This document shows, one piece after another, positions 9,314 to 19,656 of a DNA stretch of 64,000 bases. Positions within the stretch are counted from its first letter, which is position 1. Each line of letters begins with the position of its first letter. Below the pieces are notes generated by a model. It worked only from the letters and a program-made list of their open reading frames with translations. It was not told the DNA's origin and did not search any database. Position numbers and translations under genes: made by a program. The DNA is taken from positions 32,001 through 96,000 of the IMG/VR virus record IMGVR_UViG_2840842423_000001. One strand, 5' to 3'. Origin of the DNA: a virus. Taxonomy: Duplodnaviria; Caudoviricetes.

Positions 9314-10507
9314 TTAGTTCTTAAATTTGATTATGTATTCACATTCCATCCCAATCTCTTTATCAAACACAAAGAACTTTTGAGATGGTCTTCCACCATA
9401 TCTGCCTTGAGTAGCAAAATCATCATTTCCTATCATGGAAGAGTTGACACATACAGTAGTCACACCATGTTCTCTGGTATAGTTATGATGAATATGTCCT
9501 GAAAAAATGTAAGAAGGAATCACACCGACCAATTGTGGCAACCTAGTAACAGCTCTATCGGCTTGGTCAAAATTGCCATGTGTATAGATTACATCCTGAT
9601 CGAATATTTTGGCTACAATATATCCATCTTTATCGGTAATCATTTCAAGATTATCTAAATGGCTTAATCTAGCTTCTAAGAACCAAGGAACAAGGTACTC
9701 AAAGTTTTCAGTGATGCCGACTTCTGATTTCTTTCCTGCGCGACCATGGTTCCCAATCACATTATAGTAAACAATATTAGGAAACACATTGGCTAATTCA
9801 TTGATTGCTTCTGCTAGTCTTTCAGATACATACTTAATCTGTTCAATTAAATCTTCATTAGCTTGAACACGAGTAGATACATGAATAAAACCTGCAAGTA
9901 AATCTCCGAGTTGAGCAATATGTAGTGTTGAAATTTTATGCTGAATACCATGCTCAATAGTTTTATCAATCAACTCTCTAAGGCGTAGATTGAAGATATC
10001 CTTATTGTACCTGTTGGTATTGTTATCTATTTCCATTCCAAAATGCCAATCAGACCATAGAGACAATCCATGTTTTTCCTCATCTGAAACCATATGTATC
10101 GAGTTGTTCTGAGGAAGTGGCTTGACTTTCTCTAACTCGCCTACAGCATAACGTATGTCATCTTGAAGTTTCTCGAACCTAGCAGAGTTGCGAACCATCT
10201 TGCGATATTCACGTTTCTGATCTTGTTGACGAACCTTTTCTTTTTCTTGTTCAAGTCTGGCTTCTTCATATAGTTGTAGGCGTTCATCATCCAAGTTGTT
10301 CTGAAGTATGTAATCCCGCCATTTTTTGTATAGTGCATAATCCTTACGCCATTTACTCTCATCATAGCTCTTTCCAGAAGCCTCATTAAGTAAATTAGCT
10401 ATAGTATATTTGTCAATGTCGTAGTCATCTTGATTCTCAAAAAGACGAATGTGATAGCTATCAACACTTTCATCTTCACGTCTTTGCAAGTGCTCAGGTG
10501 TAATCAT
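9314..10507 (-). CDS. yonJ: YonJ-like metallophosphoesterase
   Basis: SDWH, GDL, GNHG, HG, GHIH calcineurin-like motifs; synteny with yonK. Confidence 0.75.
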   Translation of the reverse strand: MITPEHLQRREDESVDSYHIRLFENQDDYDIDKYTIANLLNEASGKSYDESKWRKDYALYKKWRDYILQNNLDDERLQLYEEARLEQEKEKVRQQDQKREYRKMVRNSARFEKLQDDIRYAVGELEKVKPLPQNNSIHMVSDEEKHGLSLWSDWHFGMEIDNNTNRYNKDIFNLRLRELIDKTIEHGIQHKISTLHIAQLGDLLAGFIHVSTRVQANEDLIEQIKYVSERLAEAINELANVFPNIVYYNVIGNHGRAGKKSEVGITENFEYLVPWFLEARLSHLDNLEMITDKDGYIVAKIFDQDVIYTHGNFDQADRAVTRLPQLVGVIPSYIFSGHIHHNYTREHGVTTVCVNSSMIGNDDFATQGRYGGRPSQKFFVFDKEIGMECEYIIKFKN

Positions 10508-10716
10508 TATTCCACGTTTCCTTCGAGCACAACATCTTCCTTGATAGAGATATTGACTAAGCGACTAAGATCCTCCGTTGCAAACTCCCTTAAATGATCG
10601 GTCAATGAGAATGTTTCAGTTCCATCCTTTGTAACTTCATGAACTAAAATTTCTCCGTTTTCTTGAAATTCAATCGCTGCTTTTTGGAATGTAATATTGT
10701 TATTTAATTTCGCCAT
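10507..10716 (-). CDS. yonK: YonK-like small protein
   Basis: 'HEVTKDGTETFSL...VNISIKED' pattern, coupled to yonJ. Confidence 0.65.
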   Translation of the reverse strand: MAKLNNNITFQKAAIEFQENGEILVHEVTKDGTETFSLTDHLREFATEDLSRLVNISIKEDVVLEGNVE

Positions 10717-10978
10717 ATATAATCATTCTCCCTTGTTATTCTAAGTTTATTTGACTTCATGTTTTTGTTATGTTATTATTTACTTTATAGTTCGCGTTTA
10801 ATGGTAGCGAAACACCAGTTTGAATCATCTGTTTTAATGGATGACAGAAAACCGCTTTGCAAGGTGTCTACTAAGGCAAGACCTCTCCACCTTATATAAA
10901 ATAAGGTAGTTAGAAAAACAATCTAACTACAACCACAAAATCGATATAAAGTCGAAAGTGGTGTAATACTATTTAGCT

Positions 10979-11629
10979 TTAAATCAATTCATCGGCATCG
11001 TTAGCCAAACGCCCTCTAAAATTCCAACTTAATTCACAAGTATGTGCATAATCTTTATTCTTAAAATGCTCTATGTAAGGTAAAAATCCACTATCTTGTA
11101 TTCTTTCTAGGTCGATTTGCCCCGTATGTCCGATCATAATTACAGTACAATCGTCATGTATCCTAGTTAACAATTTACGTAACTCTGATTTGGTAAAGTT
11201 TTGAACTTCGTCCAAAATAACTGTTTTATTTTTAATATTTGTACCTCTGGCGAATACATGCGACTTCGCTTCAACCCATGTGTTACCATTTTTAACGTTT
11301 TCAACATTTTCTTCCGTTGCAATAACCTTGTCTGGATGCTCGTTTATTTCAATCAACGCATCCTTGAGTGGTTGAATATATTTCATTTCTTTTTCTTCCA
11401 CAGACCCCGGTGTAAATCCAAGCGAATTTTCTTCCACTGGACTAAAAACATAAAGCAAATCTTTTCCGATAATCTTTGCACAAGCCACGGCTAATGTCGT
11501 TTTACCCGTTCCACTACGAGCGTTAACAATAGTCAGTTGATTATCTATAATTGAATCGACATACTCTTTTTGCTCATTTGTTAATTTATTTGCGTATCCG
11601 AATAGTAAATTATCCTTTGGTAGTGGCAT
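10979..11629 (-). CDS. phoH: PhoH-family ATPase
   Basis: SGTGKTTLA, LGFTPG, RGTNI, DEVQN, LLTRIH, GHTGQID. Confidence 0.9.
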   Translation of the reverse strand: MPLPKDNLLFGYANKLTNEQKEYVDSIIDNQLTIVNARSGTGKTTLAVACAKIIGKDLLYVFSPVEENSLGFTPGSVEEKEMKYIQPLKDALIEINEHPDKVIATEENVENVKNGNTWVEAKSHVFARGTNIKNKTVILDEVQNFTKSELRKLLTRIHDDCTVIMIGHTGQIDLERIQDSGFLPYIEHFKNKDYAHTCELSWNFRGRLANDADELI

Positions 11630-11768
11630 ATAGTTGTCTCCTAAGTTTATTTAGGTATCAGTGAGTGGAAGGGGATTGTTTTTACCCCTTGCTTCCACTG
11701 TTAGACACTCTAGTTTGTATTGTATATTATCATATATTATTGTTTATCTATGGATTATATTTTATGTA

Positions 11769-12053
11769 TTATTTAACTAGTTCCTTCAAATGTTCTGAAG
11801 CCTTAAATTTTGGAGCCGTCTTAGCCTCAATTTGAATCTCAGATCCATCTTGTGGGTTCCTGCCTTTACGAGCAGCCTTCTCAACTGTGCCCAATTTACC
11901 TAGTCCACCCAACGGAACTTTTTTACCTTCCACAAGTGCATCTTCCACAGTCTCAAATACTCCAGCAATAACTTTCTCTGCCTCTACCTGTTTAATATTC
12001 AACTTTTCTGCTACTGCTTTCTTAAACTCATCTTTTTTCATGTTTACTGACAT
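11769..12053 (-). CDS. HU-family DNA-binding protein (SPbeta YonN-like)
   Basis: ARKGRNPQDGSEIQIEAKTAPKFKASEHLK; ATG at 12053 after AAAGGGAG. Confidence 0.92.
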   Translation of the reverse strand: MSVNMKKDEFKKAVAEKLNIKQVEAEKVIAGVFETVEDALVEGKKVPLGGLGKLGTVEKAARKGRNPQDGSEIQIEAKTAPKFKASEHLKELVK

Positions 12054-12176
12054 AATTGATCTTCTCCCTTTTTCTTCTAATATAATAGTATGTAACTCAC
12101 GTTTATAGACACCCACACCCGAGGGAAGTCATTCTGTCATGTCATGGAATCGAACCATGATACACCCTTCATAACA

Positions 12177-12520
12177 TAATATAAACTTTCCAGCTAATCT
12201 GCCAAGCAGTACTCTCTGAGTCAACAAACAACCACTCATAGACTGTTAATCTTGGATTTTATCGAACTTATCAAATTTGATTCCTAAACTTTACATCAAA
12301 AGAGCTTTAATACTTAAACTTTAAGAAATGAGCTTGTAAACTTTGAGCTTTTATGCTCTTGGGTTTTTATTTGCCTTTATATCTCTGTTATCACACAGGA
12401 GTATAAAGCAAATACTATTTTAATAGACACTCTTCTCTAAAGTATGTAAGTTTTAGGACGTTGCCCACGCCCAAAGGGTGTTTTGATTTAGAAAGTTTCG
12501 ATTAACTGGAAGTTATATTA
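12177..12520 (-). ncRNA. putative structured ncRNA (~345 nt) with closing stem and AAAG(C/U)U(C/U) repeats
   Basis: 5' UAAUAUAACUUCCAGUUAAUC pairs with 3' GAUUAGCUGGAAAGUUUAUAUUA; inner CCAAG/CUUGG stem; six strong short repeats at 12286-12351; no ORF. Confidence 0.6.
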
Positions 12521-12567
12521 AGTTAAATTTATATGTGTATAACCTATTATATGTTATTATTTATCTA

Positions 12568-13191
12568 TTATTCACTAACATTAATTGTAGTAATTGCGTT
12601 GCTCGTCGAGAGCACATGATCCACTTCCGTCAGAAAGTCTTCAATCTTCTGTTCCAACTTTTCAATCTGTGTCTTCAATCCAATAGGATCAATCAACTTA
12701 GCTTCATTTTGCTCCTTAAATGATTTCACTACTGAATCGGTTTGCTGCACATCAGTTTTAGCTTCTTTGCTAAACAAAGTTTCTAGATGCTTATCTAATC
12801 TACGATTCATGTCGTCATTAACATCATCTACACGACTAACAATTTGAGTGTAAGTATTTTTCAACCTATTTAACAAGTGTTCTTCATACTCAATAGAAGA
12901 TTTACGCTCAATTGCTTCTGCAACTGTGTATTTGACTCCTGCAATTTCAACCTTAGTAGTAGCGTTTGACATTACAATAGCTGATTTAACCTCATTTCTA
13001 CGTGCGATTAAATCATTGACTGAATCAAAGTCAGATTTAACCGTTTGTTCTAAATCCTCTTTTGTATCATATCCAGTCATTACCTTTTTACCAACTGAAT
13101 ATCCACCGAATATAGAATCACTGATTTTGCGTGAGATCCTTTTGTTGAGCATTTTGATTTCTGATAAGCTGCGTGTTATTGATATTTCCAT
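12568..13191 (-). CDS. conserved helical hypothetical protein (~207 aa)
   Basis: 'SITRSLSEIKMLNKRI...SNATTKVEIAG..YTVAEAIERK...LIDPIGL...EVDHVLSTSNAITTI'; own promoter and AAAGGAG RBS. Confidence 0.75.
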   Translation of the reverse strand: MEISITRSLSEIKMLNKRISRKISDSIFGGYSVGKKVMTGYDTKEDLEQTVKSDFDSVNDLIARRNEVKSAIVMSNATTKVEIAGVKYTVAEAIERKSSIEYEEHLLNRLKNTYTQIVSRVDDVNDDMNRRLDKHLETLFSKEAKTDVQQTDSVVKSFKEQNEAKLIDPIGLKTQIEKLEQKIEDFLTEVDHVLSTSNAITTINVSE

Positions 13192-13257
13192 ATAAAACAT
13201 CTCCTTTTTATTCTTTGAATTTTATTTGTTGATAAGCAACTATCTGATTCTATATAC

Positions 13258-13286
13258 ATTATACAATATTATTTACTTATAGTCAA
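13258..13286 (-). promoter_or_regulatory. sigma-A promoter with AATATT operator-like motif in spacer
   Basis: TTGACT-17-TATAAT on minus strand. Confidence 0.75.
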
Positions 13287-13429
13287 CTAGATTTGAAAAT
13301 TCTTTTAAAAAAGTTTTGTGAGATGGTTTTGTGAGATAGCCTACTAATAATAGAGTAATCTCCTCTTCATATATAAATAATATATGAGAGTCGTTATTTC
13401 TTAGCAATATCAAGGAATTTAGAGCTTTC

Positions 13430-14245
13430 CTACTCCGTTACATTGCGATAACGACGGACTCTTTTTGCTGTTTTAATTCTTTCAATTTCTTTTTTACATT
13501 TATCACAATACTTTGTGCTATTAGATTTTACTCTGATGGGTACTTCGCATTCTTCACACTCTTTAACATTCTTCACACCCTTGTGTAAATCATAGTACAG
13601 ACCAATATTTTCATAATCTACAATCTTTAAAGATTCATTGCCACTTTCAGAAATCTCATTAATAAACACTAGCTTGATCATTCCTTGGTTTAATACTTCA
13701 ACCAAACCTAAACTGCTAAAATATCTAACAACATCATTGATATTACTGTAACCATCTTTCTTCATCATAGTGCTTGTTACTTGAGATGATTTAACCAGCT
13801 CATTGTATTTACGTAATGGATTCCCAAAAATATGTTCACTGTTAGGCTCTTTACCTGTTTTAATGTTATAAGATTCCATACTCAATTTATCCAAAACGAG
13901 TAAAGTAAAAATAATCTTCCTATATTTGTAATCTATTTTCAGTTTATCTATGTAATTCAATTCTTCTTTTGTAACAACTATTTTCTCAATTTCTACTAAT
14001 TTATTCTTCTTATTTGAAGCATGATTTAAAGCGGCGTTGATTGCTTGATAATACTTGACTCTGTTATAACCTTCAATGTTTTTCTCACAGAAATCATACA
14101 ATGCAATCCTACGATCTTTTCTCTCTTTATCCTCTACATCTCTGTAATACTTTGCAAGAACCCTCATTCCTGATTTTAAAAATTTTCCTTGAAATCCTTC
14201 TTTTAATATTCTTTCGGCATGTGTCTTTTGGTTATACTCATACAA
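13430..14245 (-). CDS. hypothetical protein with C-terminal Zn ribbon, coupled to RNAP gene
   Basis: CEECEVPIRVKSNSTKYCDKC; starts 1 nt after the yonO stop. Confidence 0.7.
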   Translation of the reverse strand: MYEYNQKTHAERILKEGFQGKFLKSGMRVLAKYYRDVEDKERKDRRIALYDFCEKNIEGYNRVKYYQAINAALNHASNKKNKLVEIEKIVVTKEELNYIDKLKIDYKYRKIIFTLLVLDKLSMESYNIKTGKEPNSEHIFGNPLRKYNELVKSSQVTSTMMKKDGYSNINDVVRYFSSLGLVEVLNQGMIKLVFINEISESGNESLKIVDYENIGLYYDLHKGVKNVKECEECEVPIRVKSNSTKYCDKCKKEIERIKTAKRVRRYRNVTE

Positions 14246-14246
14246 T

Positions 14247-17033
14247 CTATAACTCCACCTTTCTTAGATTGTAACGTTTGTTTAAATATGTAAAACTTCC
14301 AGTCTCATCCTCTACAGGAACACAGATTTCCTTAGTATTACTCTTGATGTTCTGGTATATTTGTTCACCATATATATTCCACAATATATCTTTATTGAAC
14401 TTTCCTTCATCCACATAAAACATATAAATAAGATAGTCTACAGCTTCAACTACATTAGAACAAACTTCATTCATTTCCTTTTTGAATTTTTCATAATGTC
14501 CTATTATTGATATGTATTTTTCTTCGTCGAATCCGTCTTTCTTTGATGAACTATTTAGAAAAGCAAAGCTACTAACGTTGCTTCTGTATCGAGAGTATAC
14601 TTCAACTACTTTCTTATATTTGTCTTCATCTACTCCACTAAAATCACTACTCATCAACAACTGGTGATAAACTTCTTCATTTTTACTCACGATATTCTTA
14701 ATCTTAAAGTCAACTGTCTCGATATATCTACATAGATTGTTCATGACACACTCACTATCATTGACAGGAGAGTATTTTTCAAACAAGTGTAAGAAATCAA
14801 TTTGCTCTTTAGTCTTTCTTTTTAATGATTTAAGTTCTTCTAATGTCATACCAAATTTCTGTTGTGTAGAAACATCATATTTTTTATAATGAGTCTTATA
14901 TTTTCTTTTTGTGTCAGGATAGAGATACGTAAAGAAATATGGATGTTTATCAAGTAAAATACTATTCAAAAATTCCTTTTCGTCCTTGACGCTATCAACA
15001 TCAACACCATTCACCTTTTGATATTTAGTCCAAGGGGAGGGGATACCTTTCACGTTCTCTCCAATTTTTGCTTTATCTATCTGGGCAGACTGCAATTTTG
15101 TACACATGCGGATTCGGTTTAAAGTCACATCATACTCATCTGTGCCTTCTTTTAACTCTGAAAGTAATGCGTACCCAGATGTACTCTTATTTGTTATTGA
15201 GCCGATTATAGAACCGAAACTAAATAAATCTGACTTATATAACGCTTCTTCTGTTAAAATCTGTTTTTCCGGTTTAGGTGCTTCATATACAACAGGTAAT
15301 TCATCCTGATAAACTCCACTAATAACTGTTGGATCAGATGTTGTTGCTAAAATATCATAATCAAAATCCGATCCTGCCCACCTTACAGTTTCATCACCAT
15401 GTATGTTTACGAGGATTCCCGTATAACAATATTTGTACCATTCATTCAGATTTTTACTTTCTTTTAAATCCAACAAAACATGCTCGCTGCGATAGGTGAG
15501 GGGAGACCTCATCGAATCCACTTTCTTAACACCTTTTTTATTCCAGTAGTTTGAATAGTATTCTCCTGCACCCAACAATCCTGTAACATCATCATGACCA
15601 CAAACGTGTTGCATTTGAGCATAGGGATCGCTTACTATAACTTGGAAATTCCCATCTACAATGATGTCTCCAAGGCAGGCACGTTGGATCTTTCGTTTAA
15701 CCATGTCATGAATTTTACGTTTTATATATTTGTCGTTAATCAAGTTGTGGTTTAGCAATAATGATTTAACCCAATAGTTTTCACCATGATTTATTAATCT
15801 ATCAATTTTTTCTTCTGTAACATTCTCACCCATCAAAAACAGAAGGGTGTAGTATATATTTTCTGAGCTAATTCCTGTAATCCAATCCACAAACTTTTCA
15901 GATACTTTTTCTATGTCTTTTTTGTTTAAATTTAAAGTCTGCATAAACTGATAATTCATGGACAATATATCTTTATCTTGTTTAGGAGTATATAATGTAA
16001 CTCCCCATTTCAAATTATTATCTTCACAGTTCTTTTCATACACTTCAATAGAAGGAAACGAGTCCCATAATTTAAACTGACTTTCTGATAAAATTACATC
16101 GATGTCTCTAAGATCAGCGGTAATAGGATTTTCACCTTCGTCTTTATAGGATGTATTAATTGTGTAATTTCCACTATTTTCTTCTTCACAAAATTTATGT
16201 ATATCAAAAGTACAAAGCATTCCTTTAATGTAGTTTTGGCGTATACACCATTGAGCTGGTACATAGTCTAATTCCAACTCCTTTGCCCACTTCTTCGATT
16301 GTTCTACACTTATTAAACCTTGACCGTCAAAACGGTCAAATAACTCAGTGATTGTTGTTTCTTCCATAGTGTCATCTTTGTCCCAATCATCGTTTTCTGT
16401 TACAAAGTGCGCATTAAACTCTGTTTTGCTCTCGTAGTCTGGAACTAAGGCGAATCTCGGTGTAGGTACAACTTTAGTGCTTGAGCCAGCTAACCCCTTA
16501 TATGCATTAAATTTGCTTGGAGCCATTGGAATGGTTTTATCTCTACCATTGTCCATGATTCTGTGCAATTCCTTTACAGTTTTTTCTTCGCAAAAAGTTA
16601 CCGTAGAGGTTCTAGATTGACTAGCAGAAGAGTTAAACCTCTTATATATCTTCCCGTTTAGCCGCAAACCGTTTTTGTACAAGTGAGTGTAGTGGCTATT
16701 ATGATCCATTACAATTGTAATGTATTCCGGCATGTATAGAACTTTATTAATTTTATCTTGTATAGATTGAATTTTTGCAACATTGCTATCTGAATGTTCC
16801 TGTTTTCTTAAGTAGTTTCTTTTCTTGTGCAGTCCTTCTAAATTATCATAATCAATTTCTCTTTTATGTATATCTCTTATTGAACGCAATACTTGGCTAT
16901 CAAACAACGCAATCACTTCGTTATTCTCTTTTGCTTCGTCAAAGGTTAGGTTGATGTCATAATCGAATTCTTTTAACCTCGAAGACTTGAATTTAAATGT
17001 GTAGAATTGTCTGGTTTTCAATAATTCATGCAC
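14247..17033 (-). CDS. yonO: YonO-like single-subunit double-psi-beta-barrel RNA polymerase
   Basis: 928 aa; SASQSR, FDGQGLI, KGML, RSP, catalytic GSDFDYD, QSAQIDKAK; upstream of late operon as in SPbeta. Confidence 0.85.
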   Translation of the reverse strand: MHELLKTRQFYTFKFKSSRLKEFDYDINLTFDEAKENNEVIALFDSQVLRSIRDIHKREIDYDNLEGLHKKRNYLRKQEHSDSNVAKIQSIQDKINKVLYMPEYITIVMDHNSHYTHLYKNGLRLNGKIYKRFNSSASQSRTSTVTFCEEKTVKELHRIMDNGRDKTIPMAPSKFNAYKGLAGSSTKVVPTPRFALVPDYESKTEFNAHFVTENDDWDKDDTMEETTITELFDRFDGQGLISVEQSKKWAKELELDYVPAQWCIRQNYIKGMLCTFDIHKFCEEENSGNYTINTSYKDEGENPITADLRDIDVILSESQFKLWDSFPSIEVYEKNCEDNNLKWGVTLYTPKQDKDILSMNYQFMQTLNLNKKDIEKVSEKFVDWITGISSENIYYTLLFLMGENVTEEKIDRLINHGENYWVKSLLLNHNLINDKYIKRKIHDMVKRKIQRACLGDIIVDGNFQVIVSDPYAQMQHVCGHDDVTGLLGAGEYYSNYWNKKGVKKVDSMRSPLTYRSEHVLLDLKESKNLNEWYKYCYTGILVNIHGDETVRWAGSDFDYDILATTSDPTVISGVYQDELPVVYEAPKPEKQILTEEALYKSDLFSFGSIIGSITNKSTSGYALLSELKEGTDEYDVTLNRIRMCTKLQSAQIDKAKIGENVKGIPSPWTKYQKVNGVDVDSVKDEKEFLNSILLDKHPYFFTYLYPDTKRKYKTHYKKYDVSTQQKFGMTLEELKSLKRKTKEQIDFLHLFEKYSPVNDSECVMNNLCRYIETVDFKIKNIVSKNEEVYHQLLMSSDFSGVDEDKYKKVVEVYSRYRSNVSSFAFLNSSSKKDGFDEEKYISIIGHYEKFKKEMNEVCSNVVEAVDYLIYMFYVDEGKFNKDILWNIYGEQIYQNIKSNTKEICVPVEDETGSFTYLNKRYNLRKVEL

Positions 17034-17056
17034 TCCTTTATTAAATATAATATTGT

Positions 17057-18889
17057 TTATCTATTTTGTTTTTGCTTACGTTTCTTTCTACATGACTTGC
17101 AACGTTTTGGTAAATTGAATCCCTTGTTTAGATAGAATTTTATCTCGCCAGCCTTTAATAGAATGTTTTTGTTACATTCTTTGCACATAATGTTGAGATC
17201 ATGTTGAATTAAGCTTAAAATCGTACTCATTAATTCCGACTCATAATCATCGATTTCCTTAATTTTCTCTCTGTCCAATATATTGTTCTCACCAATAACT
17301 GTTCTTCCGAAATACAAGTTATCTTTATGAATATATAAAATGGGACGGATTAAACTCAATCTATAATAATTGTCGATCAGCTTGTGGATTCTTATCTCTA
17401 TCAAACTCTCAGAATAATATTTACATTCCAACGAGTAGTTCACATTCCTACTTTTGATGACGCGTTTTCGTCTTTTACGTCCTGTTTTAGCTTTTTCTTC
17501 ATAAATGTCTATAAACTTTATTTTGCGACACATGATATCCATCTCTTGTAGTATGCCTTCCAATTCGTTTATGTTATCGAATTTATCTACATTGTTTACA
17601 TATCCATCTATTTTTTTATCATCAAGATATTCAATAATGGAAAAGTAATCATTTGAATGAGCAATTTCTTTAGGGATTTCAATACCAATTATTGTGCGTG
17701 AACCATAACAGAAGTCAGCACGCATAGTCTGAAAGTTTAATCGCAGATTGTATCTTTTGTCGATTTGTTTGTATTTCTCTTCAATATAGTTAATTGCATT
17801 TAGTAGCACGCTGTTGTTTTTGGAAATGGCAATATCCTTTTGAATTTGCTCTTTCTTTTTGATTTCAATAATTATATTTCTTACACTATCGTTAATTTCA
17901 TTAGCTGTATATTTCAAAATATCATAACCTTTATAAAAGCCACTTTCGTTGCGAATCTCAATCTTCTTTGTCCAGTATTTCGTAGCCCAAGAATTCACAA
18001 AACCAGACTTTTCAGCATAATAACCACTTTTTTCTGAGTTATATTCTCTTAGCAATTCGTTGAAAACTACTTCTTGTTTATAGTTTAAGTAATCTTTATA
18101 TACATTAGCGCAGCTTTGTTTATTTAGTATGTGATAAACCAAATCCTTTTCTTCACCATCAATTACATCAATAACCAAAGTCAAATGCTCAATATCGACT
18201 TCACCTTTCTTGTACCTGAAAACATCTTCCCAAAACCAATCCAACTTTTTAACTCTTTCTTTAGCATTTCTCCTAACACCACTGCTCATCAACTCTTCCT
18301 TATATTTACCAATCGTATTATAATAAGTATCATTTCTCTTAGTATTAAAACACTTTCCATTATAAAACAATGCCTTAAACTTAGGTATTTCATCTTGCTT
18401 CATCAAACTTTTTACATCTACTTCAACCACAATATTCTTTAATTCCAACCACATATCTAAATAATCTTTAACCTTCTTCTGATTTGAATAGTTCATCTCA
18501 AAGTATATTGTTTCTCCACATTCAGTCTCAATGGTCATATCAGGTCTATAAACACCATCTTCTACATCATGTGGCTGCTCTACAGACACATTTTTACACA
18601 CATATTCTCTTTCCTTATCTGCTATAACAGTGAATGTATCACCAGATTCTAAGAATCTATGCTTGAACCACCAGTGAATCATTGTCTCTGAACTACATTT
18701 ACTTGCATCCACATGTGCAAAATGTGGTGTAATTCGCTTTGATTCAATTGCTTTTGGCTTCAAATCTGATCCACATATTGGACAGTTATATGTATTGTGC
18801 TTGTTCTTTTTATCAACTTCATTTATCGTTATTATATTTTTTGCTTCATCTCTAGCAAACCATAGTTTTACATTTTCATAACTCAACAC
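17057..18889 (-). CDS. CoiA-like Zn finger / PD-(D/E)XK protein with C-terminal zinc ribbon
   Basis: CPICG...HFAH...ETMIH, RPD...FEMNYSN; C-terminal CKEC...GFNLPKRCKSCR. Confidence 0.6.
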   Translation of the reverse strand: MLSYENVKLWFARDEAKNIITINEVDKKNKHNTYNCPICGSDLKPKAIESKRITPHFAHVDASKCSSETMIHWWFKHRFLESGDTFTVIADKEREYVCKNVSVEQPHDVEDGVYRPDMTIETECGETIYFEMNYSNQKKVKDYLDMWLELKNIVVEVDVKSLMKQDEIPKFKALFYNGKCFNTKRNDTYYNTIGKYKEELMSSGVRRNAKERVKKLDWFWEDVFRYKKGEVDIEHLTLVIDVIDGEEKDLVYHILNKQSCANVYKDYLNYKQEVVFNELLREYNSEKSGYYAEKSGFVNSWATKYWTKKIEIRNESGFYKGYDILKYTANEINDSVRNIIIEIKKKEQIQKDIAISKNNSVLLNAINYIEEKYKQIDKRYNLRLNFQTMRADFCYGSRTIIGIEIPKEIAHSNDYFSIIEYLDDKKIDGYVNNVDKFDNINELEGILQEMDIMCRKIKFIDIYEEKAKTGRKRRKRVIKSRNVNYSLECKYYSESLIEIRIHKLIDNYYRLSLIRPILYIHKDNLYFGRTVIGENNILDREKIKEIDDYESELMSTILSLIQHDLNIMCKECNKNILLKAGEIKFYLNKGFNLPKRCKSCRKKRKQKQNR

Positions 18890-18913
18890 TTTACCTCCTT
18901 ATTTATGGTATTA

Positions 18914-19126
18914 TTAATCTATTAGATAACCATACAACTCCCAATCAAACTCACTCACATAATCTTCATTATAGCTATCCCATCTAATACTACTTATACC
19001 ATTCTCACTTTTATCTTCACCAACCTCATCATCCCATCCAAATCTCTCATCCTCACACAAACCACTACGTCTCAAATGTTCTTCATATTTTTTATCAATC
19101 TCTAATTGTGAATCTTCCCAAATCAT
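18914..19126 (-). CDS. small acidic Trp-rich hypothetical protein
   Basis: 70 aa with GGTGAG RBS, downstream of the promoter at 19240-19268. Confidence 0.45.
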   Translation of the reverse strand: MIWEDSQLEIDKKYEEHLRRSGLCEDERFGWDDEVGEDKSENGISSIRWDSYNEDYVSEFDWELYGYLID

Positions 19127-19239
19127 GTCGTACTCACCATATCCTTTTCCCCTTTTCCTCTATGTAGTATAGTATGTTATTATATATCTATTGGTCACTC
19201 AAATTTAATTAACTGGCTCCTAACATTCTATCTATATAC

Positions 19240-19268
19240 ATTATATAATATTATTTCATTATAGTCAA
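19240..19268 (-). promoter_or_regulatory. sigma-A promoter (leftward, RNAP operon) with AATAATATTAT in spacer
   Basis: TTGACT-17-TATAAT; near-identical to the 13258-13286 promoter. Confidence 0.75.
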
Positions 19269-19584
19269 CCTATTTCACAAATTATTTTTAAAAGTTTAAA
19301 AACCTACTCCATCCCACAATATACTCAGCATTATCTACATCTATTATATAGGAAGAGACACGTTTCCATCTTGTATTACTCCGTCTGATCATCTCACACC
19401 CAGACACCACACAACCATCACAGGAGTCATTTACAGACCTCCTGAGACGTTCTATTTACATTTGAATACCTAGCCTACCAAATCACTCAATCAATCCACA
19501 ACACACCTTAAAACAAATATAATGTTATTTAGTTATTAATTTATCTCAACAAACCAACATTTTAATCTTATTTTTAATATGCAG

Positions 19585-19613
19585 TTGACAATAGACAATT
19601 AATATTATATAAT
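19585..19613 (+). promoter_or_regulatory. sigma-A promoter for recD2
   Basis: TTGACA-17-TATAAT with AATATTA abutting -10. Confidence 0.75.
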
Positions 19614-19656
19614 CAATACATATATTAAATATAATACATAAAAGGAGCGATTTAAT

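Noticed and set aside
10780-10970. Cluster of small hairpins between phoH and yonK (similar cluster at 5815-5985)
   Set aside because: No recognisable RNA motif or closing stem; could be terminators or stabilisers, so not called as ncRNA.
12264-12351. Short repeats as a CRISPR array
   Set aside because: Repeats are 7 nt with 0-10 nt irregular gaps; no cas genes.
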